Source of the DNA: Gemmatimonadales bacterium | Lineage (GTDB): Bacteria > Gemmatimonadota > Gemmatimonadetes > Gemmatimonadales > GWC2-71-9 | NCBI GenBank assembly: GCA_037189525.1 | Contig: JBBCJC010000005.1 | Span: 544,001 to 608,000 of the forward strand | Direction of reading: 5' to 3' | Length of the DNA stretch: 64,000 nt | In this document: positions 19,525-29,450 of the stretch, piece after piece | Numbering within the stretch: position 1 is the first letter of the stretch | Layout of the letters: each line of letters opens with the position of its first letter | Program-made: the position numbers and the translations under genes | Notes under the pieces: generated by a model | What the model saw: only the letters and a program-made list of their open reading frames with translations | Told to the model about the DNA's origin: nothing | Databases searched by the model: none

Positions 19525-21360
19525 TCAGGGTTCCGAGGCGCGGAACAGCGAATCGTATTTGCCGCTCGCAAGCGCCTGGTCGAACCGGCGAGCAACTTCC
19601 GGGATCAACTCCGGATCTTTCTCGCCGGTTTCGAGCGACACCATCACGTATCCGTCAGCCGAGCTGCCGGTGGCCATGATGCTCACCGTACGCTCGCCGA
19701 TCCGAACCTTGTCCCAGGTGATGTACTCCCCACGGGGCACGACCGTTCCGCCCAGATCCGATACCAGAAACGCAACCACGGCATCCGCCAGCGGCTGCCC
19801 GGCCGGTTTGAGGGTGTAGTAGTAGCCCCCATCATGCGACGTCGATAGCTGGCCTCGATACGGCAGCGGCGTGAATCGCTCTCGGCGCTCGAGATGATCG
19901 GCCCCGTCGTCCCTGCGGACCCAGTGGAAATGATGATCGACCCAAGCAGGGTCCAGATCGGTCGGTTCGCCGTACCGCATCCGGCCCCGGTCGATCGGCA
20001 GCACCGTCGTTGTCCCTGACACGACATCCACCACCAGGAGCGCCGGCGTGCTGGCCAAGTGGCCTTGATAGATGATGCGCACCAGACTGCGCTGGTCGGG
20101 GGAGAGCGACAGTGGCTTCAGATAAGACAGTTCCGTGATGTCCTCGGGGAACGCGGGCAATGGCCGAATCGTGAGGTGGCGGGTGTCGACCACGGCTTGT
20201 CCCACCTGATACAACCCCGGCTCCCGATAGGTGACCCGGTCGATCGTGCCGCGCACCGTGACTCGTGACCGGTGCGCGTGGAACCGCGCCGAGTCCGCAG
20301 TCAGCAGATCGGCATCGGCAGCATAGCCGCACTCGCCGACTCGTTCGATCCGGGCCGACTCGCCAGCTGCGGAAACGAGATAACACTGCCCGGCGTTGGA
20401 TCGATCGCTTGCCACCACCATCAGCGCCGGTACCTCGCCGGCCACCACACCCACGGCCTCCGCTCTACCCGCACGATCCGGCGACGACGGGCCGGAATCG
20501 GCATCGAAATCCAGGGCCTGTCCGCGATAGCGAATGTCGAAGCGGGCGCTGGCTGCCATAGCGCCATGCTCGTCGCGCATGAAACCGGATGCGATGGTGG
20601 CGATCTCGAAATCACCGACCCGCTCGACCCGAACCGGCTCGTTGCGTGGTTGGATCCGGTAGCGAATCGAGAATTTGTCCACCGGCCACTCGGCCGAACC
20701 GGACGGCGGCGCCGGATACCAGGGACTCCATTCGAACGACTTGCGCCCGGGGCGGCGCGGAATCGGGAGCAGAAAGCCCGCCATGCTCGAGTCGCCGAGT
20801 TGGATGTCGAGGACTCGCTTGCCGCGCTCGGTGAACAGTTCGACCGCGCCCGGCACGACCCGACGACCGTCCTCGAGCCGGACATCTTCGAGCCAGAGGG
20901 GACCTTCGGAGGCGTCGCGCAGCACCCGGGTCATACCGATCGAACCGAGCACCACCCGCGCCCGGACGCTGTCGGCGGAGGGAACGGACTGTCCCTCCGG
21001 CCAGCGAACCTCGACGGCGACATGCAGCGGCTGCCCACCAACCGTCGGAGGCACGTCGGCCAGCAACCGGGCCACGCCACCGATGACGGCCCCGATGCCG
21101 ACGACCACGCCGAGGCAGGTCGCGAGCGCTTTGATGAAGCCGGGGTTCGGACCGGCGGCCACCATCCTTGCGCCGATCAAGCCGATCACCAGCCCGGCCA
21201 GGAGGCCCAGGATGATCATGGCGAGCACGAAGTAGCCGGACCCGCCTTCGAAGCTCGAGATCCGGTACCAGGAGACTGCCGCCGAGGCGATCAGGCCGGC
21301 GAGGGCCGCGCCGGCAAAGGCGGTGAGAATGCCGACCAGAATCGAAAGCAGCCAGGACAT
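19525..21360 (-). CDS. Hypothetical protein, three N-terminal TM helices plus large soluble domain
   Basis: Long ORF filling the gap; hydrophobic N-terminus around ISSFEGGSGY. Confidence 0.7.
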   Translation of the reverse strand: MSWLLSILVGILTAFAGAALAGLIASAAVSWYRISSFEGGSGYFVLAMIILGLLAGLVIGLIGARMVAAGPNPGFIKALATCLGVVVGIGAVIGGVARLLADVPPTVGGQPLHVAVEVRWPEGQSVPSADSVRARVVLGSIGMTRVLRDASEGPLWLEDVRLEDGRRVVPGAVELFTERGKRVLDIQLGDSSMAGFLLPIPRRPGRKSFEWSPWYPAPPSGSAEWPVDKFSIRYRIQPRNEPVRVERVGDFEIATIASGFMRDEHGAMAASARFDIRYRGQALDFDADSGPSSPDRAGRAEAVGVVAGEVPALMVVASDRSNAGQCYLVSAAGESARIERVGECGYAADADLLTADSARFHAHRSRVTVRGTIDRVTYREPGLYQVGQAVVDTRHLTIRPLPAFPEDITELSYLKPLSLSPDQRSLVRIIYQGHLASTPALLVVDVVSGTTTVLPIDRGRMRYGEPTDLDPAWVDHHFHWVRRDDGADHLERRERFTPLPYRGQLSTSHDGGYYYTLKPAGQPLADAVVAFLVSDLGGTVVPRGEYITWDKVRIGERTVSIMATGSSADGYVMVSLETGEKDPELIPEVARRFDQALASGKYDSLFRASEP

Positions 21361-21456
21361 GGTGGCGAGAAGATATCCCGGCAAGCGGGCGACGCCAGCG
21401 GGGGAAGTTCACTCTGTTTTCATCAAACGCTCACGAATCCCCGGCTAGCATTGAGA

Positions 21457-22878
21457 ATGACTCCCTCATCCTTTGCACTCCCCGCGATCATTCAGGGCGG
21501 CATGGGGGTCGGCGTCTCCGGGTGGCAGCTGGCCCGGGCCGTCTCCCTTCATGGCCAACTGGGTGTCGTTTCCGGCACCGCGCTCGACACGACCCTCGTC
21601 CGCCGGTTGCAGGACGGCGATATCGGGGGCCATCTTCGCCGCGCGCTGGCGCGGTTCCCGATTCCCGGCGTGGCCGAATCCGTCATCAAGCGGTTCTTCC
21701 TGCCGGACGGACGGAAGCCGGATGCGCCCTACCGGCTCCTCTCGATTCACCATCACGCGGCCCGGCTCGAACGGCAGCTGGTCACGACGCTGGCCGCGTT
21801 CGCCGAGGTCTTCCTGGCCAAGGAAGGCCACGATCGGCCGGTCGGGATGAACCTCCTGACCAAGGTGCAGCTGCCCAACCTCGCGCTGCTGTACGGCGCG
21901 ATGCTGGCGGGCGTCGACGTGATCCTGATGGGCGCCGGTATCCCGCGGGAGATCCCGGCGGCGCTCGATCAGCTGGCACTCCACCAGCCGGCCTCGCTCA
22001 AGCTGGAGATTGCCGGCGGAGCGGCGACCGACACGGATCGGGTCACCTTCGATCCGAGGAGCATCTGGACCGACACCCCGCCTTCCCTCCACCGGCCGGC
22101 CTTTTTCGCCATCGTCGCCAGCAACTCGCTCGCGACGATGCTGGCCCGCAAATCGACCGGACGGGTCGACGGGTTCGTGATCGAAGGTCCCTTGGCCGGC
22201 GGGCACAATGCCCCGCCCCGCGGCGAGGCGCGGTTCAACGAGCGCGGCGAGCCGCTATACGGCGAGCGGGACGAGGTCGATCTGGCCGGCATTGCCGCGC
22301 TCGGCCTGCCGTTCTGGGTTGCGGGCAGCGCCGGAAGTCCCGAGGGGCTCGAGGCGGCTCGCGCAGCTGGCGCCGCGGGGATCCAGGTGGGAACCTTGTT
22401 TGCCTACTCCGACGAATCCGGCTTCGACCCCGCCATCAAACGCTCGGTGCTGGCTGCGGCGGCGGCCGGAGGGGTGGAGGTGTTGACCGATCCCAAGGCC
22501 TCGCCCACCGGGTATCCCTTCAAGATGGTCCATTGGGCGGATGAACCCGACCCGGCGGTGACCCGGGAGCGGATTTGTGACCTGGGCGGTCTGCGCACCA
22601 TGTACCGCACGCCCGAGGGCCGGATCGGCTACCGCTGCCCCGCCGAGCCGGTGGATCAGTACGTGGAAAAAGGCGGGCGGGCCGAGGATACCGAAGGGCG
22701 CCGGTGCCTCTGCAACGGCCTTACCGCGGCCATCGGGCTCGGCCAGATGCGTGACGAGGGTCGTCCGGAGCCGGCGGTTGTCACCAGCGGCGACGACCTC
22801 ATGATCATCGGTTCGTTTTTGAACGGGCGGGAATCGTATCGGGCGTCGGATGTGATCGACTGGCTGCTCCGGACCTAG
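21457..22878 (+). CDS. Nitronate monooxygenase/FabK-like FMN TIM-barrel protein
   Basis: IIQGGMGVGVS, MGAGIP, EGPLAGGHN, GIQVGTLF; C-terminal Cys cluster. Confidence 0.85.
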   Translation: MTPSSFALPAIIQGGMGVGVSGWQLARAVSLHGQLGVVSGTALDTTLVRRLQDGDIGGHLRRALARFPIPGVAESVIKRFFLPDGRKPDAPYRLLSIHHHAARLERQLVTTLAAFAEVFLAKEGHDRPVGMNLLTKVQLPNLALLYGAMLAGVDVILMGAGIPREIPAALDQLALHQPASLKLEIAGGAATDTDRVTFDPRSIWTDTPPSLHRPAFFAIVASNSLATMLARKSTGRVDGFVIEGPLAGGHNAPPRGEARFNERGEPLYGERDEVDLAGIAALGLPFWVAGSAGSPEGLEAARAAGAAGIQVGTLFAYSDESGFDPAIKRSVLAAAAAGGVEVLTDPKASPTGYPFKMVHWADEPDPAVTRERICDLGGLRTMYRTPEGRIGYRCPAEPVDQYVEKGGRAEDTEGRRCLCNGLTAAIGLGQMRDEGRPEPAVVTSGDDLMIIGSFLNGRESYRASDVIDWLLRT

Positions 22879-22908
22879 CAGCCAGTCACGTCGTTGCGGT
22901 GGAGCGGA

Positions 22909-23580
22909 TCAGAAGCGCAGGCCGACCGTGAGGCTCGGGATCAGGTTGATATGGAGTCCGCCCGAGTAGTTGTGGAGCACGGGCGTGGCGCGGGCTTCGA
23001 TCAGGAAAACTCGGCTGCCCCACGGCAGGGCCACGCCGGCGCCTAACGGAGCCAGCAGGGCGCCGTCGCTGGAGGTGCCCGAGACGGTAAAGTTGGGCAG
23101 GATGTTCCCGTCCTCATCGGTCCCGACCTGGTCCAGCTTGGTCCGCACCGTGGTGGCGCCGATGCCGACCAGCAGGTACGGGTTGGCGCCGGGGCCTTGG
23201 GGACCGAACCGGTTGACCACGGCGGCGGAGAGGACCAAGTCGCGGTTCCGGATATCGAAGAAGCACGGCCCGACCCCGCCGCCCGGGAGCAGACAGGATT
23301 CGTTGCTGCCCTGAATGCGAGACTGATTCAGCCGATCGACGCTTCCTTCGACCGACAACCGGGTCCACGAGTTGGAGAGCAGCTTCAGGTCCATCCGGAC
23401 CGTAGGGCCATGCTCGGACTTCAGGTCGCCGATCCGGCCAGGCATGTAGGTGTAGCCGGCGGAGACGGTGATCTGCGCGGCGGCAGAGGCCTGGGAAACG
23501 GCGAGGCCGGCTCCCGCGAGGACGAGGGCGGTTGCCAGGCGGCGGGCGATGGATGTATCGCAACGGTTACGAGTAGTCAT
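22909..23580 (-). CDS. Putative small outer-membrane beta-barrel protein
   Basis: Signal peptide, NPYLLVGIG strand, C-terminal LTVGLRF. Confidence 0.65.
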   Translation of the reverse strand: MTTRNRCDTSIARRLATALVLAGAGLAVSQASAAAQITVSAGYTYMPGRIGDLKSEHGPTVRMDLKLLSNSWTRLSVEGSVDRLNQSRIQGSNESCLLPGGGVGPCFFDIRNRDLVLSAAVVNRFGPQGPGANPYLLVGIGATTVRTKLDQVGTDEDGNILPNFTVSGTSSDGALLAPLGAGVALPWGSRVFLIEARATPVLHNYSGGLHINLIPSLTVGLRF

Positions 23581-23676
23581 GCCGCAAGATAGGACCAGGT
23601 CCGAGCCCAATCGTGACCTGCCCGTCCCACCTCGGAGGACCTCAGGGGACGCCCAGGGGACGCCTGATTCCACCCG

Positions 23677-25566
23677 TCAGAAACTCGCAGCAAGCAGCTC
23701 CAACTCCTCCCACCGGGCCGTCGCCGCGGCGAGTTCGCCGTCGAGGGCCGTCAGCCGCGCTTTGGCCGCGGCAGTGGCGGCGCCGTTCTTGAGAAACTCC
23801 ACGTCGGACAGCGAGCGGTAGAGATCGTCGCGCTCGCGCTCCAGCGCATCGATCCGGTCGGGCAGGGACTCCAGCTCGCGGGTTTCCTTGAAGCTCAGCT
23901 TGCGGCGCTTCGCAGGCGCTTGCTCCGCTTTGGGCGCGGGTGCCGGCGCCGGCTTCGGAGCAACCGGTACGGAGGCCGGCCGTTGCCGGAGCCAGTCGGT
24001 GTAACCGCCGGCGTACTCGCCCACCTTGCCGTTGCCCTCGAGCACCAGGGTACTGGTGACCAGGTTGTCGAGGAAGGCGCGGTCGTGACTCACCACCAGC
24101 AGCGTGCCGCTGAAGCCCAACAGCAGTTCCTCCAGCAGGTCGAGAGTCTCGATATCGAGATCGTTGGTCGGCTCGTCGAGGGCCAGGAAATTGAAGCTTC
24201 GGGTAAAAAGCCGCGCCAGGAGGAGCCGGTTCTTCTCGCCGCCCGACAGCACACCAACCGGGGTGCGGGCCCGATCGGGAGTAAAGAGAAAGTCCTGCAG
24301 GTACCCCAGCACGTGACGGCGGTTCTCGCCGATGTCGACGAAGTCGGCGCCGCCGGCAATCGATTCAAAGACGGTCCGCTCCGGATCGAGCTGATCACGC
24401 AACTGGTCGAAGTAGGCGATCTCGAGCCCGGTGCCGTGTCTCACGGTGCCGTCGGTCGGCGCCAGTTCACCGAGCAGCAGGCGGAGTAGTGTAGTCTTCC
24501 CCGAGCCGTTCGGCCCGATCAGCCCGATCCGATCCCCCCGCGCGATGGTGGTCGAGAGGTTGGAGACGATAGTCCGGCCGCCGATAGCGTAGCTGGCATG
24601 CTTCGTCTTCATCACCAGCTTGCCGGAGCGCTCTGCTTCCTGCGCTTGCATGGTCACCGTGCCGACCCGTTCGCGCCGAGCGCCGCGTTCCTGGCGCAAC
24701 GCCTGCAATGCACGAACTCGGCCCATGTTCCGCGTGCGCCGCGCCTTGATGCCCTGGCGGATCCAGGCCTCCTCCTTGGCGAGCTTCTTGTCGAAGAGGG
24801 CCCATTCCCGCTCCTCGTTTTCGAGCGCCGCCTCCTTGCGCGCCAGGTAGGTATCGTAGTCGGCGGCCCAGTCGACCAGGCGGCCGCGATCGAGATCGAT
24901 GACGCGGGTGGCCAGTCTGCGCAGGAAGGCACGATCGTGGGTGACGAAGACGAGGGTGCTGCCGCGTTCGATCAGATAGGTCTCCATCCACTCGATCGCG
25001 TCGACGTCGAGATGGTTGGTGGGCTCGTCGAGCAGTAGCACATCGGGTTCGCGGATCAGGGCCCGGGCCAGGAGCGCCTGGCGACGGCGCCCGCCCGACG
25101 CGGCGCGGAACGGCAGGTCCGGATCTAACCCCAGGTGGGAGAGCACGGTCTCGACCCGGGTCTGCAGTTGCCAGGCATCGCGGGCGTCGAGTTCGTGGTG
25201 GAGCCGGCCCATCCGTTCGAGGGCGGCGGAGTCACCCGAGGCGACCTGGTGGCTGGCTTCGTGATAGCGGGCCAGCAGGGTCCCGGCATCGCCGAGTCCA
25301 CCGGCGGCCACGTCATAGATGGATCCGTCGAGGTCGGACGGGATGGTCTGGCCCAGCCGGGCGACGGTGAGGCCCGAGCGGTGGATCACCTCGCCGTGAT
25401 CGGGAGGGATGGTGCGGTCGAGCAGACTCAGCAAAGTGCTCTTGCCTGCCCCGTTCCGGCCCAGGACCGCGACCCGTTCACCCTCATCGAGAACAAAGCT
25501 GGCGTTCTCGAGGAGCGGGGGACCACCGAATGCTACGGTAACTTCGCGAAGGCTGAGGGCGACCAT
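23677..25566 (-). CDS. uup: ABC-F family ATPase Uup
   Basis: Two ABC cassettes (GRNGAGKST, GPNGSGKTT), EEAWIRQGIKARRTRN linker, KLSFKE C-terminal domain. Confidence 0.92.
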   Translation of the reverse strand: MVALSLREVTVAFGGPPLLENASFVLDEGERVAVLGRNGAGKSTLLSLLDRTIPPDHGEVIHRSGLTVARLGQTIPSDLDGSIYDVAAGGLGDAGTLLARYHEASHQVASGDSAALERMGRLHHELDARDAWQLQTRVETVLSHLGLDPDLPFRAASGGRRRQALLARALIREPDVLLLDEPTNHLDVDAIEWMETYLIERGSTLVFVTHDRAFLRRLATRVIDLDRGRLVDWAADYDTYLARKEAALENEEREWALFDKKLAKEEAWIRQGIKARRTRNMGRVRALQALRQERGARRERVGTVTMQAQEAERSGKLVMKTKHASYAIGGRTIVSNLSTTIARGDRIGLIGPNGSGKTTLLRLLLGELAPTDGTVRHGTGLEIAYFDQLRDQLDPERTVFESIAGGADFVDIGENRRHVLGYLQDFLFTPDRARTPVGVLSGGEKNRLLLARLFTRSFNFLALDEPTNDLDIETLDLLEELLLGFSGTLLVVSHDRAFLDNLVTSTLVLEGNGKVGEYAGGYTDWLRQRPASVPVAPKPAPAPAPKAEQAPAKRRKLSFKETRELESLPDRIDALERERDDLYRSLSDVEFLKNGAATAAAKARLTALDGELAAATARWEELELLAASF

Positions 25567-25682
25567 GCCCGAAGATAAGGCGTACCAGGCATGCGGTGTC
25601 GCGCGAGCCACCCCTTGAAGAGTATTCCCGAGCGCCTAGCTTACGGACGGATCGAGAATCAGCCGCCTCAGAGGTCTCAGAC

Positions 25683-27782
25683 GTGCACATCCGACTCCGT
25701 TACCTGCTCGCCCTCGGGGCGTTGGTCGTAGGAGCCTGCTCATCGGAACCGACCGACAGCAACCCTACACCGGCGCTGTTCGCCATCACCCCCGATACGA
25801 TCAGTGTGGGGTCCGGCCCGCAGACCCTCGTGCTCACCGGGCGTGAGTTCGTCAGCGGGTCACGAGTTCGCTGGGACGGCACCGACATTCCCTCCGACTT
25901 CGTGTCGTCCACCGAACTTCGGGTCGCGATCAGTGCAGATCGGTTTGCGACCCCGGGCGCACCCAGGCTGGCGGTCGTCAACCCCGCGCCTGGAGGCGGA
26001 ACGTCCGGCGAGTACACTGTCGCCATCGTGTACCCGAAGCCCACGATCCAGTCGATTGCTCCGGAGCGGGTCCGGGTCGGTACCTCGGAGCCGGTGACGA
26101 TCGTGGTGCACGGCACGGGGTTTCTTGCCGAGTCGGCCATCCAAATCGAAGGATACGCCCTCCCCACCACGTTCGTGAGCCCGACGCAGCTGACTGCCAC
26201 CCTCCAGTGGTTTCTCCTCGGTTCTGCTCGGGTAGCGACCATCGATGTGAGAAACCCGGACCCGGGCGGGGGCGTGTCGACCACACATTCGCTGGTCGTC
26301 GAAAACCCGGCACCGGTGATCACGTCGATCTCGCCCGACTCGATCGACGCCGACGCCGGCGCGACGACGTTCCGGCTGGTGGGCTCGAGCTTCGTCAGCG
26401 GGGCCAAGCTGAGGTGGAATGGGCAAGAGCGTCCGACCCTGTACCATGGTCCGACCGAGCTCCGGGTGCAGCTGACCGAAGCCGATCTCGCGAATCCGGG
26501 CATCCAGCAGATCAGCGTGGCCAACCCGAGCCCCGCCGCGGGGGTGTCGCAAACGCTCAGCCTGCGCATCATGGCTGCGCCGCCTCGGATCACGGCACTG
26601 ACGCCGGCATCGCTCGTTGCCGGCTCGGCGCCGGTCACGCTGAACATTACGGGAACCAACTTCGCCTCGAACGACGAAGTGCGCTGGAACGGCGCCATCC
26701 GCCCCGTCATGTTTCAAACGCCCACGGTGCTCCGCATCACCTTGTCCGCTGCCGATCTCTCGGCACCCGGCCGGGGAGAACTGGTGATTCGATCGCCGGG
26801 GTCCGGACGATCATCGTCGCCTGCGTACCTGCCGATCCTTCCGTCGGCGGAGACGCCTCCCGCGATCGTGACCGTGGCCCAGGGCGGACGGAATATCGTC
26901 TACGACAAGACACGCGACCGCCTGTACGTCGCCGTCGGCGCCAACTCCCCGTCGCGGCGCCATACCATCACGGCGATCAACCCGGCCAATCAAGCGGTCA
27001 TGGAGACGTTTCCCGTTCACAACAACCCAACGGCATTGGCGATCTCCGATAACGATCGGTACCTCTATGTCGGGTTTGCCGGAACGCCGGTCGTCGTTCG
27101 TATCGATCTCGAATTGCAGGTCAAGGATCTGGAGTTTCCGCTCAGCGTGAGCGGAGATCACCGTTCCCAGACCTATGCCGAAGACATCGTGGTCCTTCCG
27201 GGTAACGGAACCTCGATCGCCGTGTCGTTGATGAACGACTGCTGCAGCCCCCGCCACGAGGGCGTGGCGATCTACGACAACGGCGTCCGTCGCCCGCAGA
27301 AGAGCCAGGGCCACACCGGGAGCAATCGCATCACCCGAGGCCCGACTCCAAACCGACTCTATGGCCTCAACACCGAGACGACCGAATTCGGGCTTCGCCG
27401 CCTTGCAGTCGATGCGCAGGGTGTCGTCGAAGAGCGGACGATCGGCGGTCTCGTCAACTATTTCGGGGCGAACATCGAATACGACAACGGCTATCTGTTT
27501 TCGACCACCGGTCAGATCTTCGATGCGGAGGGATTGCGTCAGATCGCACGGGTCAATGAACACGGTCTCGTGTTCCCCGATGTTCATAACGGCCGGGTGC
27601 ACTACTTCACCGGCAATACGCTCACCACCTATCACTACCTTGGCGGACCACCCTTGGGCACCGCCCCCGTCTACCATGCGGAAGGTGCTGCGGCGATGGT
27701 CCGGTGGGGCACCGATGGAATCGCATTGGTTACCCCCACCTCCGTCGTCCTGGCGCGGTGGTCGATGATCGGGACGCCCTAA
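25683..27782 (+). CDS. Lipoprotein with about four IPT/TIG domains and C-terminal beta-propeller
   Basis: VVGAC lipobox; repeated P-x-I-x-x-I-x-P...G-x-x-F...NP-x-PGGG units; GTG start after GAGG. Confidence 0.8.
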   Translation: MHIRLRYLLALGALVVGACSSEPTDSNPTPALFAITPDTISVGSGPQTLVLTGREFVSGSRVRWDGTDIPSDFVSSTELRVAISADRFATPGAPRLAVVNPAPGGGTSGEYTVAIVYPKPTIQSIAPERVRVGTSEPVTIVVHGTGFLAESAIQIEGYALPTTFVSPTQLTATLQWFLLGSARVATIDVRNPDPGGGVSTTHSLVVENPAPVITSISPDSIDADAGATTFRLVGSSFVSGAKLRWNGQERPTLYHGPTELRVQLTEADLANPGIQQISVANPSPAAGVSQTLSLRIMAAPPRITALTPASLVAGSAPVTLNITGTNFASNDEVRWNGAIRPVMFQTPTVLRITLSAADLSAPGRGELVIRSPGSGRSSSPAYLPILPSAETPPAIVTVAQGGRNIVYDKTRDRLYVAVGANSPSRRHTITAINPANQAVMETFPVHNNPTALAISDNDRYLYVGFAGTPVVVRIDLELQVKDLEFPLSVSGDHRSQTYAEDIVVLPGNGTSIAVSLMNDCCSPRHEGVAIYDNGVRRPQKSQGHTGSNRITRGPTPNRLYGLNTETTEFGLRRLAVDAQGVVEERTIGGLVNYFGANIEYDNGYLFSTTGQIFDAEGLRQIARVNEHGLVFPDVHNGRVHYFTGNTLTTYHYLGGPPLGTAPVYHAEGAAAMVRWGTDGIALVTPTSVVLARWSMIGTP

Positions 27783-27802
27783 CCGCAACCTGAGGCTGCG
27801 CC

Positions 27803-29314
27803 TCAGCGCGGCACGACGGCAACCTCCCGCCGGCGAGTCGACTGGGCGTAGCTCAGCGCCGAGTCGAGCATGGCGTCGAGGGCGACGCGGTCGAAGAAGC
27901 GGCCGTTCAGGAACACGGCGTCGATCCGCTTCACATTGCTGATATCAGCCAACGGGTCGGCGCCGAGCAGGACCAGGCTGGCCCGCTTGCCAGGCTCGAC
28001 CGTGCCCAGCGTCGTCAGCCGCTGAGCAGCTTCGGCCGAGTTGCGGGTGGCGGCCTGGATGGCCTGCATGGGGGTGAGACCCGCCTGGACCAGCAGTTCC
28101 AGTTCGCGATGGAGGCTGAAGCCCGGCACCAGCGGCACCACGGGTACGTCGGTCCCGGTGATCAGCTTGACCCCGTTTCGGATCAGGGGCGGAATGGTGC
28201 TCAGGTGGCGGGTCAGCCGGGCGCGGCCCGCCTCGAGTTGCGCGGGCGTAGCCTGCGCACCTGTTGGAATCCCCTCATCCATCGTGAGTGCCGCGGCCGG
28301 GGCGTACTTGAGTTCCGGTGGATTGCGGAAGGCTGAGTCGTTGGCGCGGAAGACGGTCTCCATCACGACCAACGTCGGGTCGAACCAGACCGGCCGTTCC
28401 GCTGCGAAGCGACCGAAGGCGTCGGCGGTGGCCGAGTCGTACGCGGCGAGCGCGGAGTCGGCCACGGCGAGACGGAGCCCGAAGAGCGGCCCCAGGATCG
28501 GCAGAGCGCGGTGGCGATCGAAGAACCGCTGGCTCAGCTGGAGAGCCCAGTTGCTCAGCTCTTCGCCACGCGGGGTCATGGCGAGTTCGACCCGGGTATT
28601 GTGCTCGATGGTGCGCTGCCCTGCCTCGATGGCTTCACGAACCGAGACGCTCTCCGGCACATGTCCGACGACCGGGATACCGTGCCGTTTGGCGGCGGCC
28701 AGGATCGTGAAGTACGCGACGCGCGGCGTCAGGCTGTGGACCTTGATCGCATCGATTTTGACGCGGGCGAGGCTGTCGACCATGGCCACGGCATACGCGG
28801 TGTCGTCCACCGCTTCCCGCGCCTCGGCGTAGGGGGTGCCCTGGATGGCGCGCAGCAGGTACTGGGCATCCAGGGTCGGACCGGTGATCAGGAATTCGGG
28901 GCCGGTCAAGCGTCCTTCCCTCACCGACTCGCGGAGCCAGAGGGAAATGGCCAGGTCGCTGCTCATGTCGCGCACGCCGGTCACGCCGTTGGCGAGGAAG
29001 AGCGGAAAGGCGTACTGCTCGTAACCGTAGGCGTGGGAGTGCATGTCCCAGAGGCCGGGGATGAGGAACTTGCCGGTCCCGTCGATCACGATGGTGCTGT
29101 CGGTGGTTTCGAAACGCCGGGTCGGGCCGATCAGGAGGATCGAGTCGCCCTGGATGGCGACGGTCTGTTCGACGAGCGGAGCGGCGCCGGTACCGTCGAT
29201 GACGGTGACGTTCCGGATGACGTAATCGGCGTCGAGGGTCTCGGTAGGGGTGCACCCGGCGGCGGTGGCAGCCAGGCAGAGGAGGACGGCCGTTCGAAAC
29301 AACGGAAGACGCAT
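27803..29314 (-). CDS. Amidohydrolase family lipoprotein
   Basis: AAGC lipobox; IPGLWDMHSH, GTD, GTVEPGKRASLV. Confidence 0.9.
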   Translation of the reverse strand: MRLPLFRTAVLLCLAATAAGCTPTETLDADYVIRNVTVIDGTGAAPLVEQTVAIQGDSILLIGPTRRFETTDSTIVIDGTGKFLIPGLWDMHSHAYGYEQYAFPLFLANGVTGVRDMSSDLAISLWLRESVREGRLTGPEFLITGPTLDAQYLLRAIQGTPYAEAREAVDDTAYAVAMVDSLARVKIDAIKVHSLTPRVAYFTILAAAKRHGIPVVGHVPESVSVREAIEAGQRTIEHNTRVELAMTPRGEELSNWALQLSQRFFDRHRALPILGPLFGLRLAVADSALAAYDSATADAFGRFAAERPVWFDPTLVVMETVFRANDSAFRNPPELKYAPAAALTMDEGIPTGAQATPAQLEAGRARLTRHLSTIPPLIRNGVKLITGTDVPVVPLVPGFSLHRELELLVQAGLTPMQAIQAATRNSAEAAQRLTTLGTVEPGKRASLVLLGADPLADISNVKRIDAVFLNGRFFDRVALDAMLDSALSYAQSTRRREVAVVPR

Positions 29315-29450
29315 GACCGCTCTCGGTTCGGGGTATTGCGGATCCCGGCGGCAGTCGGCGCTCGCGCGGAGGCCGAAGGTCGAGAACACGCTGTGGAAAC
29401 TAAAATATAGGTAGGGTCTTCTCCGGGCTGGCCGGCTCGATCCCCAGTCA

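Noticed and set aside
20272..21456. Apparent 868-aa ORF extending the NMO-like gene
   Set aside because: Extension is the antisense shadow of the 19525-21360 gene; family similarity starts at 21457
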